Both the position numbers and the translations under genes were made by a program. Positions 24,450-35,831 of a DNA stretch of 64,000 nucleotides are shown one piece after another. Each line of letters begins with the position of its first letter. The stretch's first letter is position 1. The notes under the pieces were generated by a model. It was not told where the DNA came from and did no database searches. It was given only the letters and a program-made list of their open reading frames with translations. The stretch is taken from the NCBI GenBank assembly GCA_039830055.1, contig CP140043.1:538355-602354 (forward strand). The letters are read 5' to 3'. The stretch comes from Buchnera aphidicola (Schlechtendalia peitan) (GTDB taxonomy: Bacteria > Pseudomonadota > Gammaproteobacteria > Enterobacterales > Enterobacteriaceae).

Positions 24450-24680
24450 TTACCTAAAAATTATGCTAATAATTTTAAAAAATCTGTAATAATCGGAAAA
24501 ATAACATCTAAAATATAAATTTTAAAATATTTTTTTAAAAAATCGTGTCTAGTATTTTAATGTCAAACAAATATTTCTGTTGCATCCTCTCTCGATATTT
24601 TAAAATACACTACTCATTATAATAATTATAAACAGATCAATGATATTAAACTTTTATACATGAAAACTAATCAACTATAA
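24450..24680 (+). pseudogene. yqgE: Candidate decayed relic of yqgE (UPF0301 family)
   Basis: Lies in the gshB-ruvX gap where E. coli carries yqgE. One reading frame gives LPKNYANNFKKSVIIGK (compare MPALQDPIFRRSVVYICEH) and later SLDILKY..KQINDIKLL (compare [21 protein letters not shown]). It is interrupted by two in-frame stops and is about 50 codons short. The call is by eye only. Confidence 0.35.
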
Positions 24681-24828
24681 AAATGAAATATTAGAAATAT
24701 ATTACTAATTCTATTAAAAAATACAAAAATTTTATTTAGAACTTTTTTATCTAAAATATCGAATAATTAAACTTATGATATCGGAATCAATATAAAAAAT
24801 TAATTCTAATTTAAGGACATGCATAAAC

Positions 24829-25269
24829 ATGATAGTTTTAGCTTTTGATTTTGGAAAAAAAAATATTGGAGTCGCAGTGGGGCAAAACATTACAAAAACT
24901 GCAAAAACTTTGTCGTGTATTAAAATAAAAAAAAATGTAATAAATTTTGAAATATTTAAAAAATTATTCTATGAATGGAAACCATATGTTGCAATTGTTG
25001 GATTGCCACTTAATATGGATGGAACGCAACAAAAAATCACAAAACACACTAAAAAATTTGCGAAACAATTGTTTGAACACTTCAAAATACCAATATATCT
25101 ACATGATGAAAGGTTGACTACCATAGAAGCAAAAACTACATTATTTGAAAAATATGGATTTAAATCTCTTAAAAAAGAAAGGATAAATTCAATGTCCGCC
25201 GTTATTATTTTAGAAAGTTGGTTCATGAATAATAACAGTATATACATGAAATCATTAAAAAGAAACTAA
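24829..25269 (+). CDS. ruvX: Putative pre-16S rRNA nuclease / Holliday junction resolvase-like YqgF
   Basis: 146 aa with MIVLAFDFGKKNIGVAVG, VGLPLNMDG and DERLTT motifs. An AAGGA Shine-Dalgarno sequence lies upstream. Confidence 0.92.
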   Translation: MIVLAFDFGKKNIGVAVGQNITKTAKTLSCIKIKKNVINFEIFKKLFYEWKPYVAIVGLPLNMDGTQQKITKHTKKFAKQLFEHFKIPIYLHDERLTTIEAKTTLFEKYGFKSLKKERINSMSAVIILESWFMNNNSIYMKSLKRN

Positions 25270-25389
25270 GTATTTTAAGAAAAATACTGGCATAACTACA
25301 TACTTTAAACATACATATGAACGTAAAAATCAAAATCACTTTTACATCCATATTTTAAAAACATAATAACTCCTTAGAATATCATCATA

Positions 25390-26937
25390 TCAAAGAAGAT
25401 TTGTTGATTTTTTTCGTATTTGTTTAATTATCCAAATATTGTTAATAATACTAATCATAGATTTTATAAAAGATTCAAGAATATCTAAAGATGAGCCTTG
25501 CCCATGAAACACACGATTGTTATATTCACTTTTAACATTAAACTGAAAAATAGAATTAATATCTTTTCGTTTTGTTACTAAATAAAAATCTTTTATTTTA
25601 ATATCAAAAGATGATATCTTATTTAATGCTTTACATATTGCATATATTAATCCATTTTTAGTCGTTATAACTTCAGTATAAACCTGTGATCCACATAAAA
25701 TTTCTATCGAAAAATACGACAAACCATCTAAACTAGATTTTACACTAAAATATTTTAATTTAAAATGTTTTGAAAAAATACTACTCGAATTCGTGAATAA
25801 AAGTATCTCTAAATCATAATCAAATACTTGACCGTTCTTATCTGCAAATTTTAAAAAAGAACTATACAAATCATTCAAATCGTAATCACTATTTTCTTTA
25901 TATCCCATTTCAGACATATAATGTCTAACAGCTGCGCGTCCTGAACGAGAAGTTAAATTTAATGATGCTGATTTTATACCTATAGTTTCAGGAGCTATTA
26001 TTTCATAATTTTTTCTATTTTTTAATATGCCATCTTGATGAATTCCAGATGAATGCAAAAAAGCATTACTACCAACTATAGCCTTGTTTACAGGAATAGA
26101 AACATTACATATCTCACTAACTATTTTACTAGTATTATAAATCTCTTTATGATTAATATTAGTATGTAGCTTAAAAATATCTTTTCTAACTTTAATCGCC
26201 ATAACTACTTCTTCTAAAGCTGCGTTTCCAGCACGTTCTCCTATACCATTTATCGTTCCTTCTATTTGCCTAGCCCCAGCTTGTATAGCAGAAATTGAAT
26301 TAGCAACAGCCATTCCTAAATCATTGTGACAATGTATAGATATAATTGCTTTGTCGATATTAGAAACTTTATTATACAAAGCAGTAATAATTTTTTTAAA
26401 TTGACTTGGAATAGTATAACCTACTGTATCTGGAATATTAATGGTCGTTGCACCAGAACTAATAGCTATTTCTACCATACGACATAAGTTATCTAAATCT
26501 GTTCTTCCTGCATCTTCGCAAGAAAATTCAACATCATCTGTGTATTTTCTTGCTCTTTTTATAGAACGAATTGACATTTCTATAATTTCATCAAATGTTT
26601 TTCCTAATTTAGATTGCATATGCAAATTAGATGTACCTAAAAATATATGAATCCTAAACGATTCAGCATTTTTCATTGCTTCAGCTGCTACATCTATATC
26701 TTTATACACACATCGAGCTAAACTACAAATTTTAGAAGTCTTAATATTGTCAGAAATCACACGAGTAGATGAAAAATCTCCCGGTGATGAAACAGGAAAA
26801 CCAACTTCTATAATATCTACTCCTAATTTTTCTAAAGCAAAGGCTATTTTTAATTTGTTTTCTACACTCAAACTTGCTTGCAAAGATTGTTCGCCATCTC
26901 TCAATGTTGTATCAAAAACAATTAATTGTTGAGTCAT
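25390..26937 (-). CDS. leuA: 2-isopropylmalate synthase
   Basis: 515 aa with [30 protein letters not shown] and [11 protein letters not shown], colinear with E. coli LeuA including the C-terminal regulatory domain. Confidence 0.97.
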   Translation of the reverse strand: MTQQLIVFDTTLRDGEQSLQASLSVENKLKIAFALEKLGVDIIEVGFPVSSPGDFSSTRVISDNIKTSKICSLARCVYKDIDVAAEAMKNAESFRIHIFLGTSNLHMQSKLGKTFDEIIEMSIRSIKRARKYTDDVEFSCEDAGRTDLDNLCRMVEIAISSGATTINIPDTVGYTIPSQFKKIITALYNKVSNIDKAIISIHCHNDLGMAVANSISAIQAGARQIEGTINGIGERAGNAALEEVVMAIKVRKDIFKLHTNINHKEIYNTSKIVSEICNVSIPVNKAIVGSNAFLHSSGIHQDGILKNRKNYEIIAPETIGIKSASLNLTSRSGRAAVRHYMSEMGYKENSDYDLNDLYSSFLKFADKNGQVFDYDLEILLFTNSSSIFSKHFKLKYFSVKSSLDGLSYFSIEILCGSQVYTEVITTKNGLIYAICKALNKISSFDIKIKDFYLVTKRKDINSIFQFNVKSEYNNRVFHGQGSSLDILESFIKSMISIINNIWIIKQIRKKSTNLL

Positions 26938-27354
26938 TTATTTTCCTAAAAATTAAATACACTATGTAATAGTCTTTAAAATTTTTTTAAAAATAACAAC
27001 ATAAATGTGCTATTCATTTACAAAAAAAACTACATTTATATATTACATATAATAATTACAATCATTTTTTTAAATATTATCAAACGTTTATTTTTACAAA
27101 ACTATTTCAAATAGCTATTATATTTTACAATATATAAATATAAATTATATGTATCTTTATTAACAAATATTTAATCAATCTGTAAAACAATTAGAACTAA
27201 ACACATATAATATTGAATCTAATACATAATTATTTCTACACAGACAAAACATAAACGTTTTAACAATTTAATTCTTAAAATAAATTATCACAAATTTAAT
27301 GTAAACTATTCGATATTAGAGTTTTAATTTATACATAACATATATAAACTTTTT

Positions 27355-27972
27355 CTATACGCTATTAAAAGGATTCAAAAATTTTGGAATACTATTTTCA
27401 TAATTCTCGATTTTTTTGATATGATTTAAAGTTAAATCAACATCGTCTAATCCATTTAATATACAATATTTGTGCACATAATTAATTTTAAATTTATAAC
27501 ATTGATTGTCTACTAATACTTCATTATTCACTAAATTTACTGTTATAAGCATATTAGGACAATTTACTACGATTTTAAATAAGTAATTTATTATATTTTT
27601 AGAAAATGTAATTGGTAACAAACCATTTTTAATACTATTACTATAAAAAATATCTGCAAAACTAGATGATATCACCACCTTAATCCCAAAATCTAATAAA
27701 GCCCAAACAGCATGTTCTCTTGACGAACCACAACCAAAATTCTCTCTTGTTAATAAAATTGTACTATTCTTATAACGATCTTGATTTAAAACAAAATCAA
27801 CATTTAATTTATTTTCTAAACCCTCTAAATATCTCCAATCATGAAATAAATGCTTACCAAACCCTAATTTAGTAATTTTTTGTAAAAATTGTTTAGGAAT
27901 AATTACATCAGTATCTACATTCGATACATCTAACGGGACTGCTATTCCAGTATGACAAGCCAATTTAGACAT
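27355..27972 (-). CDS. leuD: 3-isopropylmalate dehydratase small subunit
   Basis: 205 aa with NVDTDVIIPKQFL and NFGCGSSREHAVWAL motifs. Confidence 0.96.
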   Translation of the reverse strand: MSKLACHTGIAVPLDVSNVDTDVIIPKQFLQKITKLGFGKHLFHDWRYLEGLENKLNVDFVLNQDRYKNSTILLTRENFGCGSSREHAVWALLDFGIKVVISSSFADIFYSNSIKNGLLPITFSKNIINYLFKIVVNCPNMLITVNLVNNEVLVDNQCYKFKINYVHKYCILNGLDDVDLTLNHIKKIENYENSIPKFLNPFNSV

Positions 27973-27997
27973 TTTAATTTCCTATAAACATTTTATG

Positions 27998-29401
27998 TTA
28001 AAATTGTAACTTCCTAACATCAACAAAACGACCAAAAATTGCCGAAGCAGCAGCCATAATAGGACTAACTAAATGAGTTCTTCCACCTCTCCCCTGACGA
28101 CCTTCAAAATTTCTATTACTAGTTGAAGCACAACGTTCTTTATTATTTAAAATATCACCATTCATGGCTAAACACATAGAACATCCAGAATAACGCCATT
28201 CAAATCCAGAATTAATAAAAATTTTATCTAATCCCTCTTCTTCCGCTTGCTTCTTTACTACTCCAGAACCGGGAACAATAATTGCATGCACTTTTTTAGA
28301 AACGTTTTTATATTTTACAATTTTAGCAATGTCCCGTAAATCTTCTATTCTGGAATTAGTACATGATCCAATAAAAACTTTATCAATAGATACGTCTGTC
28401 AAATACATACCGGGTTCTAATCCCATGTACTTTAAAGATTGTTCTGCACTATTCCTCTCTAAAACATCATAATAAGAATTAAGATCTGGTATCTTTTCAT
28501 CAATAGAGATAACTTGACTAGGATTAGTTCCCCAAGTAATTTGAGGAGATAAATGTGATATATTTAATACTATTTTTTTATCAAAAATTGCTCCTATATC
28601 AGATTTTAGGGCACTCCAATATAATAATGCATCATTCCAAACATTTTTTTTAGGAATATACTTACGATTTTCTAGATATTTTACTGTAATATGATCAGGA
28701 GCAATAATTCCAGATTTTGCACCCATTTCAATAACCATATTACATATAGTCATTCTACTCTCCATACTTAAATACGGAATTAAATTTCCAGAAAATTCTA
28801 CTACATACCCAGAACCACCAGATGTTCCTAATCGTCTAATTATAAATAAAATGACATCTTTCGCTGTAATTCCAGAATTCATCCTTCCATTGATTTCTAT
28901 ATTCATGCTTTTAGAACGATTTTGTTTTAAAGTTTGTGTAGACAAAACATGCTCTACTTCAGACGTTCCAATACCAAACGATAATGTTCCAAAAGCTCCA
29001 TGTGTAGAAGTATGAGAATCACCACATACTACTGTCATTCCAGGTAAAATCATACCTTGCTCAGGAGCAACAACATGAATAATTCCTTGATATGGATGAT
29101 CTAAATCAAATAATTTGATATTAAATTTATTACAATTTTTTATTAATTCATACATTTGTGTTTTAGCTAAAATAGTTGAACAATGCATGTCTCTACTAAT
29201 TGTAGGAACATTATGATCCATAGTAGCAAAAGTTTTATGAGGTTTTCTTACTACTCTATTTTTGCGACACATTTCACTAAATGCCTGAGGAGAAGTAACT
29301 TCATGTATTAGATGTAAATCTATGTATAAAATTGGAGACTGATTTTGTTCTTCATATACTACATGCGAATCATATAATTTTTGATAAAGTGTCTTTTTCA
29401 T
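27998..29401 (-). CDS. leuC: 3-isopropylmalate dehydratase large subunit
   Basis: 467-aa aconitase-family protein ([41 protein letters not shown]). Its start overlaps the leuB stop as ATGA. Confidence 0.97.
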   Translation of the reverse strand: MKKTLYQKLYDSHVVYEEQNQSPILYIDLHLIHEVTSPQAFSEMCRKNRVVRKPHKTFATMDHNVPTISRDMHCSTILAKTQMYELIKNCNKFNIKLFDLDHPYQGIIHVVAPEQGMILPGMTVVCGDSHTSTHGAFGTLSFGIGTSEVEHVLSTQTLKQNRSKSMNIEINGRMNSGITAKDVILFIIRRLGTSGGSGYVVEFSGNLIPYLSMESRMTICNMVIEMGAKSGIIAPDHITVKYLENRKYIPKKNVWNDALLYWSALKSDIGAIFDKKIVLNISHLSPQITWGTNPSQVISIDEKIPDLNSYYDVLERNSAEQSLKYMGLEPGMYLTDVSIDKVFIGSCTNSRIEDLRDIAKIVKYKNVSKKVHAIIVPGSGVVKKQAEEEGLDKIFINSGFEWRYSGCSMCLAMNGDILNNKERCASTSNRNFEGRQGRGGRTHLVSPIMAAASAIFGRFVDVRKLQF

Positions 29402-30498
29402 TTTATTCTTCTATGAGATAATAACTGAGATATAACATCACCCATTTTTCTAGTACTAGTAAAATGACTATCATCATCTGATATATCTTTCGTTCTATAA
29501 CCCAATTTTAAAACTTCATATACTACAGATTCTATAACATCTGCTATTGAACCTAGTTGAAAACTATACCTAAATAACATACTAATTGAAAGAATTAATG
29601 CAATAGGATTAGCTATATTCTTTCCCTGAATATCCGGTGCTGAACCACCTGCTGGCTCATATAAACCAAATTTTTTTTCATTTAAACTAGCTGATGGTAA
29701 TAATCCTATAGAACCAGAAATTGCTGCACACTCATCAGAAATAATATCACCAAATATATTGGAACATAAAATCACATCGAACTTATCAGGATTTTTAATT
29801 ATCTGCATAGTAGCATTGTCAATATATAAGTGAGACAATTTTACTGTAGGATATTCTAAAGATATATTATCAACTATTTCTCTCCACAATATAGATGTTT
29901 CTAATACATTAGACTTATCAATAGAAGTAAGAATACACTTTCTATTTAAAGCTAATTTGAATGCTATATGAGCAATTCTTTCAATTTCAGATTGAAAATA
30001 CATTTCTGTATCAAAAGCATATCTTTGATCACCAATATATTTTATACCTTTTTTCTTATTAAAATAAATACCTCCTATTAACTCACGCACACATAAAATA
30101 TCAAATCCTTTTTCAGCTATTTCAGAACGAAGAGGAGATAATATCTCTAATCCAGGATATAAACGAGCTGGTCTTAAATTTATAAATAAATTAAAATATT
30201 TTCTTAAAGGAAGCAAAGAACCTCTTTCCGGTTGACAATTAGATGATAAATTTTTCCATTTCGGGCCTCCAACAGCTCCAAATAAAATTGCATCGGAACT
30301 TTTACAGCCCAATAATGTATTTTCAGGAAGCGCAATACCATGATTGTCTATTGCAATTCCTCCAATATCATATTCTTTAGTCTGAATATTCATATTAAAA
30401 TCTTTTTTAAGTACTTCTAAAATTTTATATCCTTCTTGCATTATTTCAGGTCCAATGCCATCACCTGGCAAAACAGCAATTTTATATTCCCGATTCAT
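29398..30498 (-). CDS. leuB: 3-isopropylmalate dehydrogenase
   Basis: 366 aa with [28 protein letters not shown] and GSAPDI motifs. Confidence 0.97.
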   Translation of the reverse strand: MNREYKIAVLPGDGIGPEIMQEGYKILEVLKKDFNMNIQTKEYDIGGIAIDNHGIALPENTLLGCKSSDAILFGAVGGPKWKNLSSNCQPERGSLLPLRKYFNLFINLRPARLYPGLEILSPLRSEIAEKGFDILCVRELIGGIYFNKKKGIKYIGDQRYAFDTEMYFQSEIERIAHIAFKLALNRKCILTSIDKSNVLETSILWREIVDNISLEYPTVKLSHLYIDNATMQIIKNPDKFDVILCSNIFGDIISDECAAISGSIGLLPSASLNEKKFGLYEPAGGSAPDIQGKNIANPIALILSISMLFRYSFQLGSIADVIESVVYEVLKLGYRTKDISDDDSHFTSTRKMGDVISQLLSHRRIK

Positions 30499-31448
30499 AC
30501 GTAATTAAATTCCTTTGTACTAAAAATGTTTCCTTAAAATTAAAAATTAATATTTTTGAACACGTATTTAAATAAATATTTAAAACATGTGCAATATTTA
30601 AATATATTGTATTTACTTAATAAATAAAAATATTTATTTTAATACACCACAATATTTTTAATTTAATGTAATAAAAAAATAATTTATCTATAATAGATCT
30701 TAAATCTAATACATAAATCTAAACTATATATAACGAATATAATTTTCATACTGAATATACATACATATTGTTTATATGATAAAAAATTAAAATTTTTTAT
30801 GTAATATTTGTATTTATTTCTAAAATAATGTAATTACAATCGCTATGTAACATAATAGTATTTATATTATATATAAATAAAAATTAAATAAAGTATATAA
30901 AAATTACTATATAAATCAATAAAAGAAATCTTATATGCATTAAATAAATATTTAATAATTAAAAATAAAAATAATACTTTAGATACAATTTTCAAAAATC
31001 AACATCATAATATAAAACAATATAAAAAACACATAGAACATTAAAAAACTTAGAATACATTTAATTCAAATTGTATTAATTATATTTAATAAAATATAAT
31101 ATATCGATAATTTTTGTAACATGTTTATAACACATTAGTTTATACTATAAGCAAAAAATATATTATTATTTAAAAAACACTAATATAATCATATAATATA
31201 ATGAATATATGTAATATATATATTAATATATAATAAAGTGTTTATTTCATTCAAATAATATATATATGTATTTTACATAGAAAAATGAATATAAATGAAT
31301 CATAACATAAAAATTTATATAATTTTTTATAATTTTTTAACAAAAAATTATATATTCCTAATGTAATAATCCTACAAATGATACTTTTATTAAAAGTAAT
31401 ATAATACTATTGAAAATGATAAATTCTAACTATACAAGTTAAAAATAA

Positions 31449-32603
31449 ATGTTACATTTTCCTCCATTAAGCTTATATATCCATATACCATGGTGTACAA
31501 AAATATGTCCATATTGCGATTTTAATATTTCTAAACATAATTCTTACATAAATGAAAAAATATATATTAAACATCTTTTGAAAGATTTAGAAAGAAACTA
31601 CTTATATGCTTCAAACAGAAAAATTAATTCAATTTTTATTGGAGGAGGAACTCCTAGCCTATTCAGTCCAGTATCCATTTCATATTTACTAAATAAAATT
31701 AAAGAAATAGCAAATATCTCTCACTCTCCTGAAATTACTTTAGAATTAAATCCTACAATATCCGAAATTAGCAAACTTATAGATTATCAAGAATCTGGGA
31801 TAAATAGATTTTCTATAGGAATACAAACCTTTAATTCACATGAACTAAATTTATTAGAAAGAAATTATAATAGTCAAGAATTAAATCGTTCAATAAAAAT
31901 ATTAAATACTTTTAATCTTAATAATATAAATTTTGACTTAATGTATGGATTACCTAACCAAACTTTACATTCAGCTCTTCTAAATTTAAAAATAGCAATT
32001 AAATTGCAGCCCAAACATATTTCATGGTATCAACTTAGCATAGAACCTGAAACAAATTTTTATTTTAAAAAAATGAAATTACCAAACATTGATTTAATAT
32101 GGAATATGTTCTCAAAAGGTAAAAAAATACTAAAGAAATCAGGATATCAACACTACGAAATATCCTCGTATTCAAAGAAAAAATATAATTGTCTACATAA
32201 TCTTAACTATTGGCGTTTTGGAGATTACATTGGAATAGGATGCGGCGCACACGGAAAATTAACTAATAAAAACGGAAACATAACACGCACTATAAAAAAA
32301 AATTATCCTAACTATTATTTAAATAAATCATATGTGTATAAACAGTACATTCTATCAAAACATGATATTGTATATGAATTCTTCATGAATTATTTTAGAC
32401 TATACGAACCAATTTCAAAAAATACTTTTAAAAAATATACTAATATTTCAGAACATAAAATTTTTAAAACAATAAAAATAGCGATTTCTAAAAAATATTT
32501 GATAGAAACTAAAAAATATTGGATAACCACTAAAAAAGGAAAATTATTTCTTCATTCTCTTTTAGATCTATTTCTAAAAAGCAAAAATATGAAATTTACT
32601 TGA
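31449..32603 (+). CDS. hemW: Radical SAM heme chaperone HemW (YggW, HemN-like)
   Basis: 384 aa with the IHIPWCTKICPYCDFN radical-SAM CxxxCxxC motif and FIGGGTPS. Confidence 0.9.
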   Translation: MLHFPPLSLYIHIPWCTKICPYCDFNISKHNSYINEKIYIKHLLKDLERNYLYASNRKINSIFIGGGTPSLFSPVSISYLLNKIKEIANISHSPEITLELNPTISEISKLIDYQESGINRFSIGIQTFNSHELNLLERNYNSQELNRSIKILNTFNLNNINFDLMYGLPNQTLHSALLNLKIAIKLQPKHISWYQLSIEPETNFYFKKMKLPNIDLIWNMFSKGKKILKKSGYQHYEISSYSKKKYNCLHNLNYWRFGDYIGIGCGAHGKLTNKNGNITRTIKKNYPNYYLNKSYVYKQYILSKHDIVYEFFMNYFRLYEPISKNTFKKYTNISEHKIFKTIKIAISKKYLIETKKYWITTKKGKLFLHSLLDLFLKSKNMKFT

Positions 32604-32627
32604 ATAAATTAACTAACTTAAAATTAG

Positions 32628-33344
32628 TTACACAGATTTGAACATTAAATGAAATATAGTATTTCCAAGATGTATACTTTTTCTTTCGAACTTAGTAATT
32701 GGATAAGAACTATTTTTACGAATATCATACTCTGAAGTAGATAAATTAATGTATCCACTTATTTCGTTTACTATAGAACTTATTTCTTCTGCATATGACT
32801 GACAATCAGTAGATATATGCAAAATTCCATTCACGACTAATTTTTTTAGTATTAGTTTAGCAAAATTTTTTGTAAAAATTCTTCTTTTCCTGTGACGCTT
32901 TTTCGGCCAAGGATCTGGAAAAAATATTTGAACTTTATATAAACTACTATCATAAATCATGTATTTTAACACTTCTACTGCATCATGACAAATGACTCTA
33001 ACATTTTTTAAACGATATAAATTAATATATTCTAAACATGATGCAATACCAGGCAAATATACTTCAATTCCTAAAAAATTTTTAAAAGTATTGTTAAACG
33101 CAAACTTAGAAAATGAATCACCAGTTCCAAATCCAATTTCTAATATTAACGGAGCATAAGAATCAAAAAAATCATTTATATTTAAATATGATTTTACAAA
33201 ATTTATCCCAAATTTTGACCAATATTTATTAATAAACTCACATTTTTTTATACTTAGTTTTCTTGTTCTAGATACAAAACTACGAGTCTCACGTATCAAA
33301 AAACTTTTTTTATTTTTCTTTAATTTAATGATCTCAGTTAACAT
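32628..33344 (-). CDS. trmB: tRNA (guanine-N7)-methyltransferase
   Basis: 238 aa with LEIGFGTG, GIEV and FFPDPWPKKRHRKRR, colinear with E. coli TrmB (YggH). It is divergent from mutY as in E. coli. Confidence 0.93.
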   Translation of the reverse strand: MLTEIIKLKKNKKSFLIRETRSFVSRTRKLSIKKCEFINKYWSKFGINFVKSYLNINDFFDSYAPLILEIGFGTGDSFSKFAFNNTFKNFLGIEVYLPGIASCLEYINLYRLKNVRVICHDAVEVLKYMIYDSSLYKVQIFFPDPWPKKRHRKRRIFTKNFAKLILKKLVVNGILHISTDCQSYAEEISSIVNEISGYINLSTSEYDIRKNSSYPITKFERKSIHLGNTIFHLMFKSV

Positions 33345-33513
33345 ATTAAGTACTAAAACAATAATTTTAATCTACTATAATTATATTATAGTATTGTTCA
33401 TAAATAAGACACAATGTTTAATGTCACATTTGTTTAAATAATTAACATATACATAATGTATTTATAAGGATAATATTATAGATATTTATATAAAAATGAT
33501 GTAATTTACTCAT

Positions 33514-34566
33514 ATGACTATAACTTATTCGTTTTCACAACTTGTAATAAATTGGTATCATGAACACGGTAGAAAAAATTTACCTTGGAAGATAAATACA
33601 AATCCTTATAAAGTTTGGATATCAGAAATCATGCTTCAACAAACACAAGTAAATACTGTCATTCCATATTACAATAAATTTATAAAAATTTTTCCTAATA
33701 TAAATATATTAGCACAATCTTCTATTAATACAGTACTCAATGCATGGAGTGGATTAGGATATTATACAAGAGCACATAATCTCTACAGTACTGCTAAAAT
33801 TATCTTTAAAAAATATAATGGAATCTTTCCTAATCACTTTTCAAATATTATAAAATTACCAGGAATAGGAAAAACTACAGCGGGAGCTATCTTATCATTT
33901 GGATTTAATCTTTATGGTTGTATTCTTGATGGAAATGTGAAAAGAACTTTACTAAGACATTTTAACATACGTGCACAAAAAAAAACAATTGAAAAAAAAT
34001 TGTGGACTATAATTAAATTTATAACACCAATACATAACACACATAAATTTAATCAAGCCATAATAGACATAGGATCATTAATTTGTTTAAAATCTAAACC
34101 AAAATGTAAAATATGTCCTTTAAAAAAAACGTGTCTATCATTAAAATCCAATGACTGGTCTACATATCCGATAAAAAATAAAATACAAAAAAAAATTAAA
34201 AAAAAAATATTTTTTTTAATTATTCAATATAAAAACTTTATACTTTTAAAAAAAAATCAATTTAATACAATATGGAAGGGATTATATTGTTTTCCGATAT
34301 TCTTTAACAAATTAGAAGTTTTAGAAAAAATACAAAAAAAAAATATTAATATAAATAAACAAGAAATATTCGAATCGTTTGTACATACACTTTCACATAT
34401 TAAATTTTTGTGTTTTTCAATACGAATTGAAATACAAGAAAAATTTTGTATCAAAAAAACTGTAGATACAATTTGGTTTAACTTATATAATCCTCAAAGT
34501 ATAGGATTGCCGTCTCCTATAAAAAAAATTATTAACGAAAAGTTATTACCTTTCTTAAAAAATTAA
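33514..34566 (+). CDS. mutY: Adenine DNA glycosylase MutY
   Basis: 350 aa with LPWK..PYKVWISEIMLQQTQV, an HhH-GPD region (PGIGKTTAGAI), and 4Fe-4S cysteines CLKSKPKCKICPLKKTC. Confidence 0.93.
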   Translation: MTITYSFSQLVINWYHEHGRKNLPWKINTNPYKVWISEIMLQQTQVNTVIPYYNKFIKIFPNINILAQSSINTVLNAWSGLGYYTRAHNLYSTAKIIFKKYNGIFPNHFSNIIKLPGIGKTTAGAILSFGFNLYGCILDGNVKRTLLRHFNIRAQKKTIEKKLWTIIKFITPIHNTHKFNQAIIDIGSLICLKSKPKCKICPLKKTCLSLKSNDWSTYPIKNKIQKKIKKKIFFLIIQYKNFILLKKNQFNTIWKGLYCFPIFFNKLEVLEKIQKKNININKQEIFESFVHTLSHIKFLCFSIRIEIQEKFCIKKTVDTIWFNLYNPQSIGLPSPIKKIINEKLLPFLKN

Positions 34567-34587
34567 GTTAACAGGATTAAATATTTA

Positions 34588-34833
34588 ATGAATACAAAAA
34601 TTTTTTGTTACTTTTTAAAAAAATATACCGAAAAACTTGATCAACCGCCGTATCCAGGGGAAATAGGAAAAAAGATTTATAAAACTATTTCGAAAAAAGC
34701 ATGGAACCAATGGATGTCTAAACAAACAAAAATAATTAATGAAAAAAAATTAAATATGCTTGATATAAATGATAGAAAAATTTTAGAAAATCATATGGTA
34801 AATTTTCTTTTTAAAAATATAAACAATGTATAA
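34588..34833 (+). CDS. yggX: Fe(2+)-trafficking protein YggX
   Basis: 81 aa with [27 protein letters not shown] and the Q..W..KQT signature. It lies immediately after mutY as in E. coli. Confidence 0.92.
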   Translation: MNTKIFCYFLKKYTEKLDQPPYPGEIGKKIYKTISKKAWNQWMSKQTKIINEKKLNMLDINDRKILENHMVNFLFKNINNV

Positions 34834-34912
34834 TATAATACATAACATTTGTTTATTATGTACATACAGAAATTTTTACTAATTTCAAAATATTGAATAA
34901 TTTTTATTACAA

Positions 34913-35746
34913 ATGAACAATCATAACACTATTAAAAATTTAAAAAATAATCTTAAAAAAAATATAGAACATAATGTTTTAATATTTGACTCAGGATTAG
35001 GTGGATTATCTATTTATAAAAGAATGAAACATCGTTTTCCTAATATAAATTACATTTACATATGTGATAATGAAGCTTTTCCATATGGAGAAAAAAAAGA
35101 ATCCTTTATTGTTCAAAGATGTCTCAAAATTTTTAATAAAGTATCAAATAAGATAAACATCACTTTAGCAATATTAGCATGTAATACAGCTAGCGTTACT
35201 AGTTTACTAATATTACAAAAAAAATTTTCTTTTCCTATAATTGGAATCACACCTAATATAAAAAAAGCAATACAAAAAACTAAAAACAAAATTATTGGAT
35301 TACTTGCAACTAAAACTACTATCCAAAACAAAAATATTCAAAATCTAATTTTTTCCTTACATTCAGAAATCATTATAAAAACATTATACAATAAAGAATT
35401 AGTAATAATTGCAGAAAAAAAATTAAAAAAAAATATAAATCCAATAAAAAAAATCAAAAAAATACTAAAACCATGGATTGTTTCATCAAATATCCCAGAT
35501 ACAATTATATTAGGATGTACACATTTTAATTTCTTAAAACATGAAATTAAATCACTATTTTTAAATCGTATGAATATGATTAATTCTAATATTATAATTC
35601 CGACCAAGTTTGTTAATATCTTAGATAATAGCTGTATAACACATGGAAATATAGTTATATTTTCTAAATACATTCATCATGACAAAAATACGCGAAAAGT
35701 CTTTAATGAACACTATTTTACAAAATTTGAAAATATAACACTATAA
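34913..35746 (+). CDS. murI: Glutamate racemase
   Basis: 277 aa with FDSGLGGLS, YICDNEAFPYGEK, LACNTAS and GCTHF motifs. Confidence 0.93.
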   Translation: MNNHNTIKNLKNNLKKNIEHNVLIFDSGLGGLSIYKRMKHRFPNINYIYICDNEAFPYGEKKESFIVQRCLKIFNKVSNKINITLAILACNTASVTSLLILQKKFSFPIIGITPNIKKAIQKTKNKIIGLLATKTTIQNKNIQNLIFSLHSEIIIKTLYNKELVIIAEKKLKKNINPIKKIKKILKPWIVSSNIPDTIILGCTHFNFLKHEIKSLFLNRMNMINSNIIIPTKFVNILDNSCITHGNIVIFSKYIHHDKNTRKVFNEHYFTKFENITL

Positions 35747-35831
35747 TTAATTATGTATACTTTTACAAAATAAAACAATAATGAATGACATCTGAAAATA
35801 ACATATAAATTAATATATGCATGATATTTGC

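Noticed and set aside
27216-27229. 14-mer AATCTAATACATAA shared between the leuD-leuA spacer (27216-27229) and the leuB upstream spacer (30703-30716). I considered it a possible duplicated promoter or integration repeat.
   Set aside because: By rough estimate, the expected number of chance 14-mer matches between two AT-rich spacers of these sizes is about 0.1-0.2. Distances to the downstream start codons differ (about 280 versus about 206 nt), and no extended similarity flanks it.
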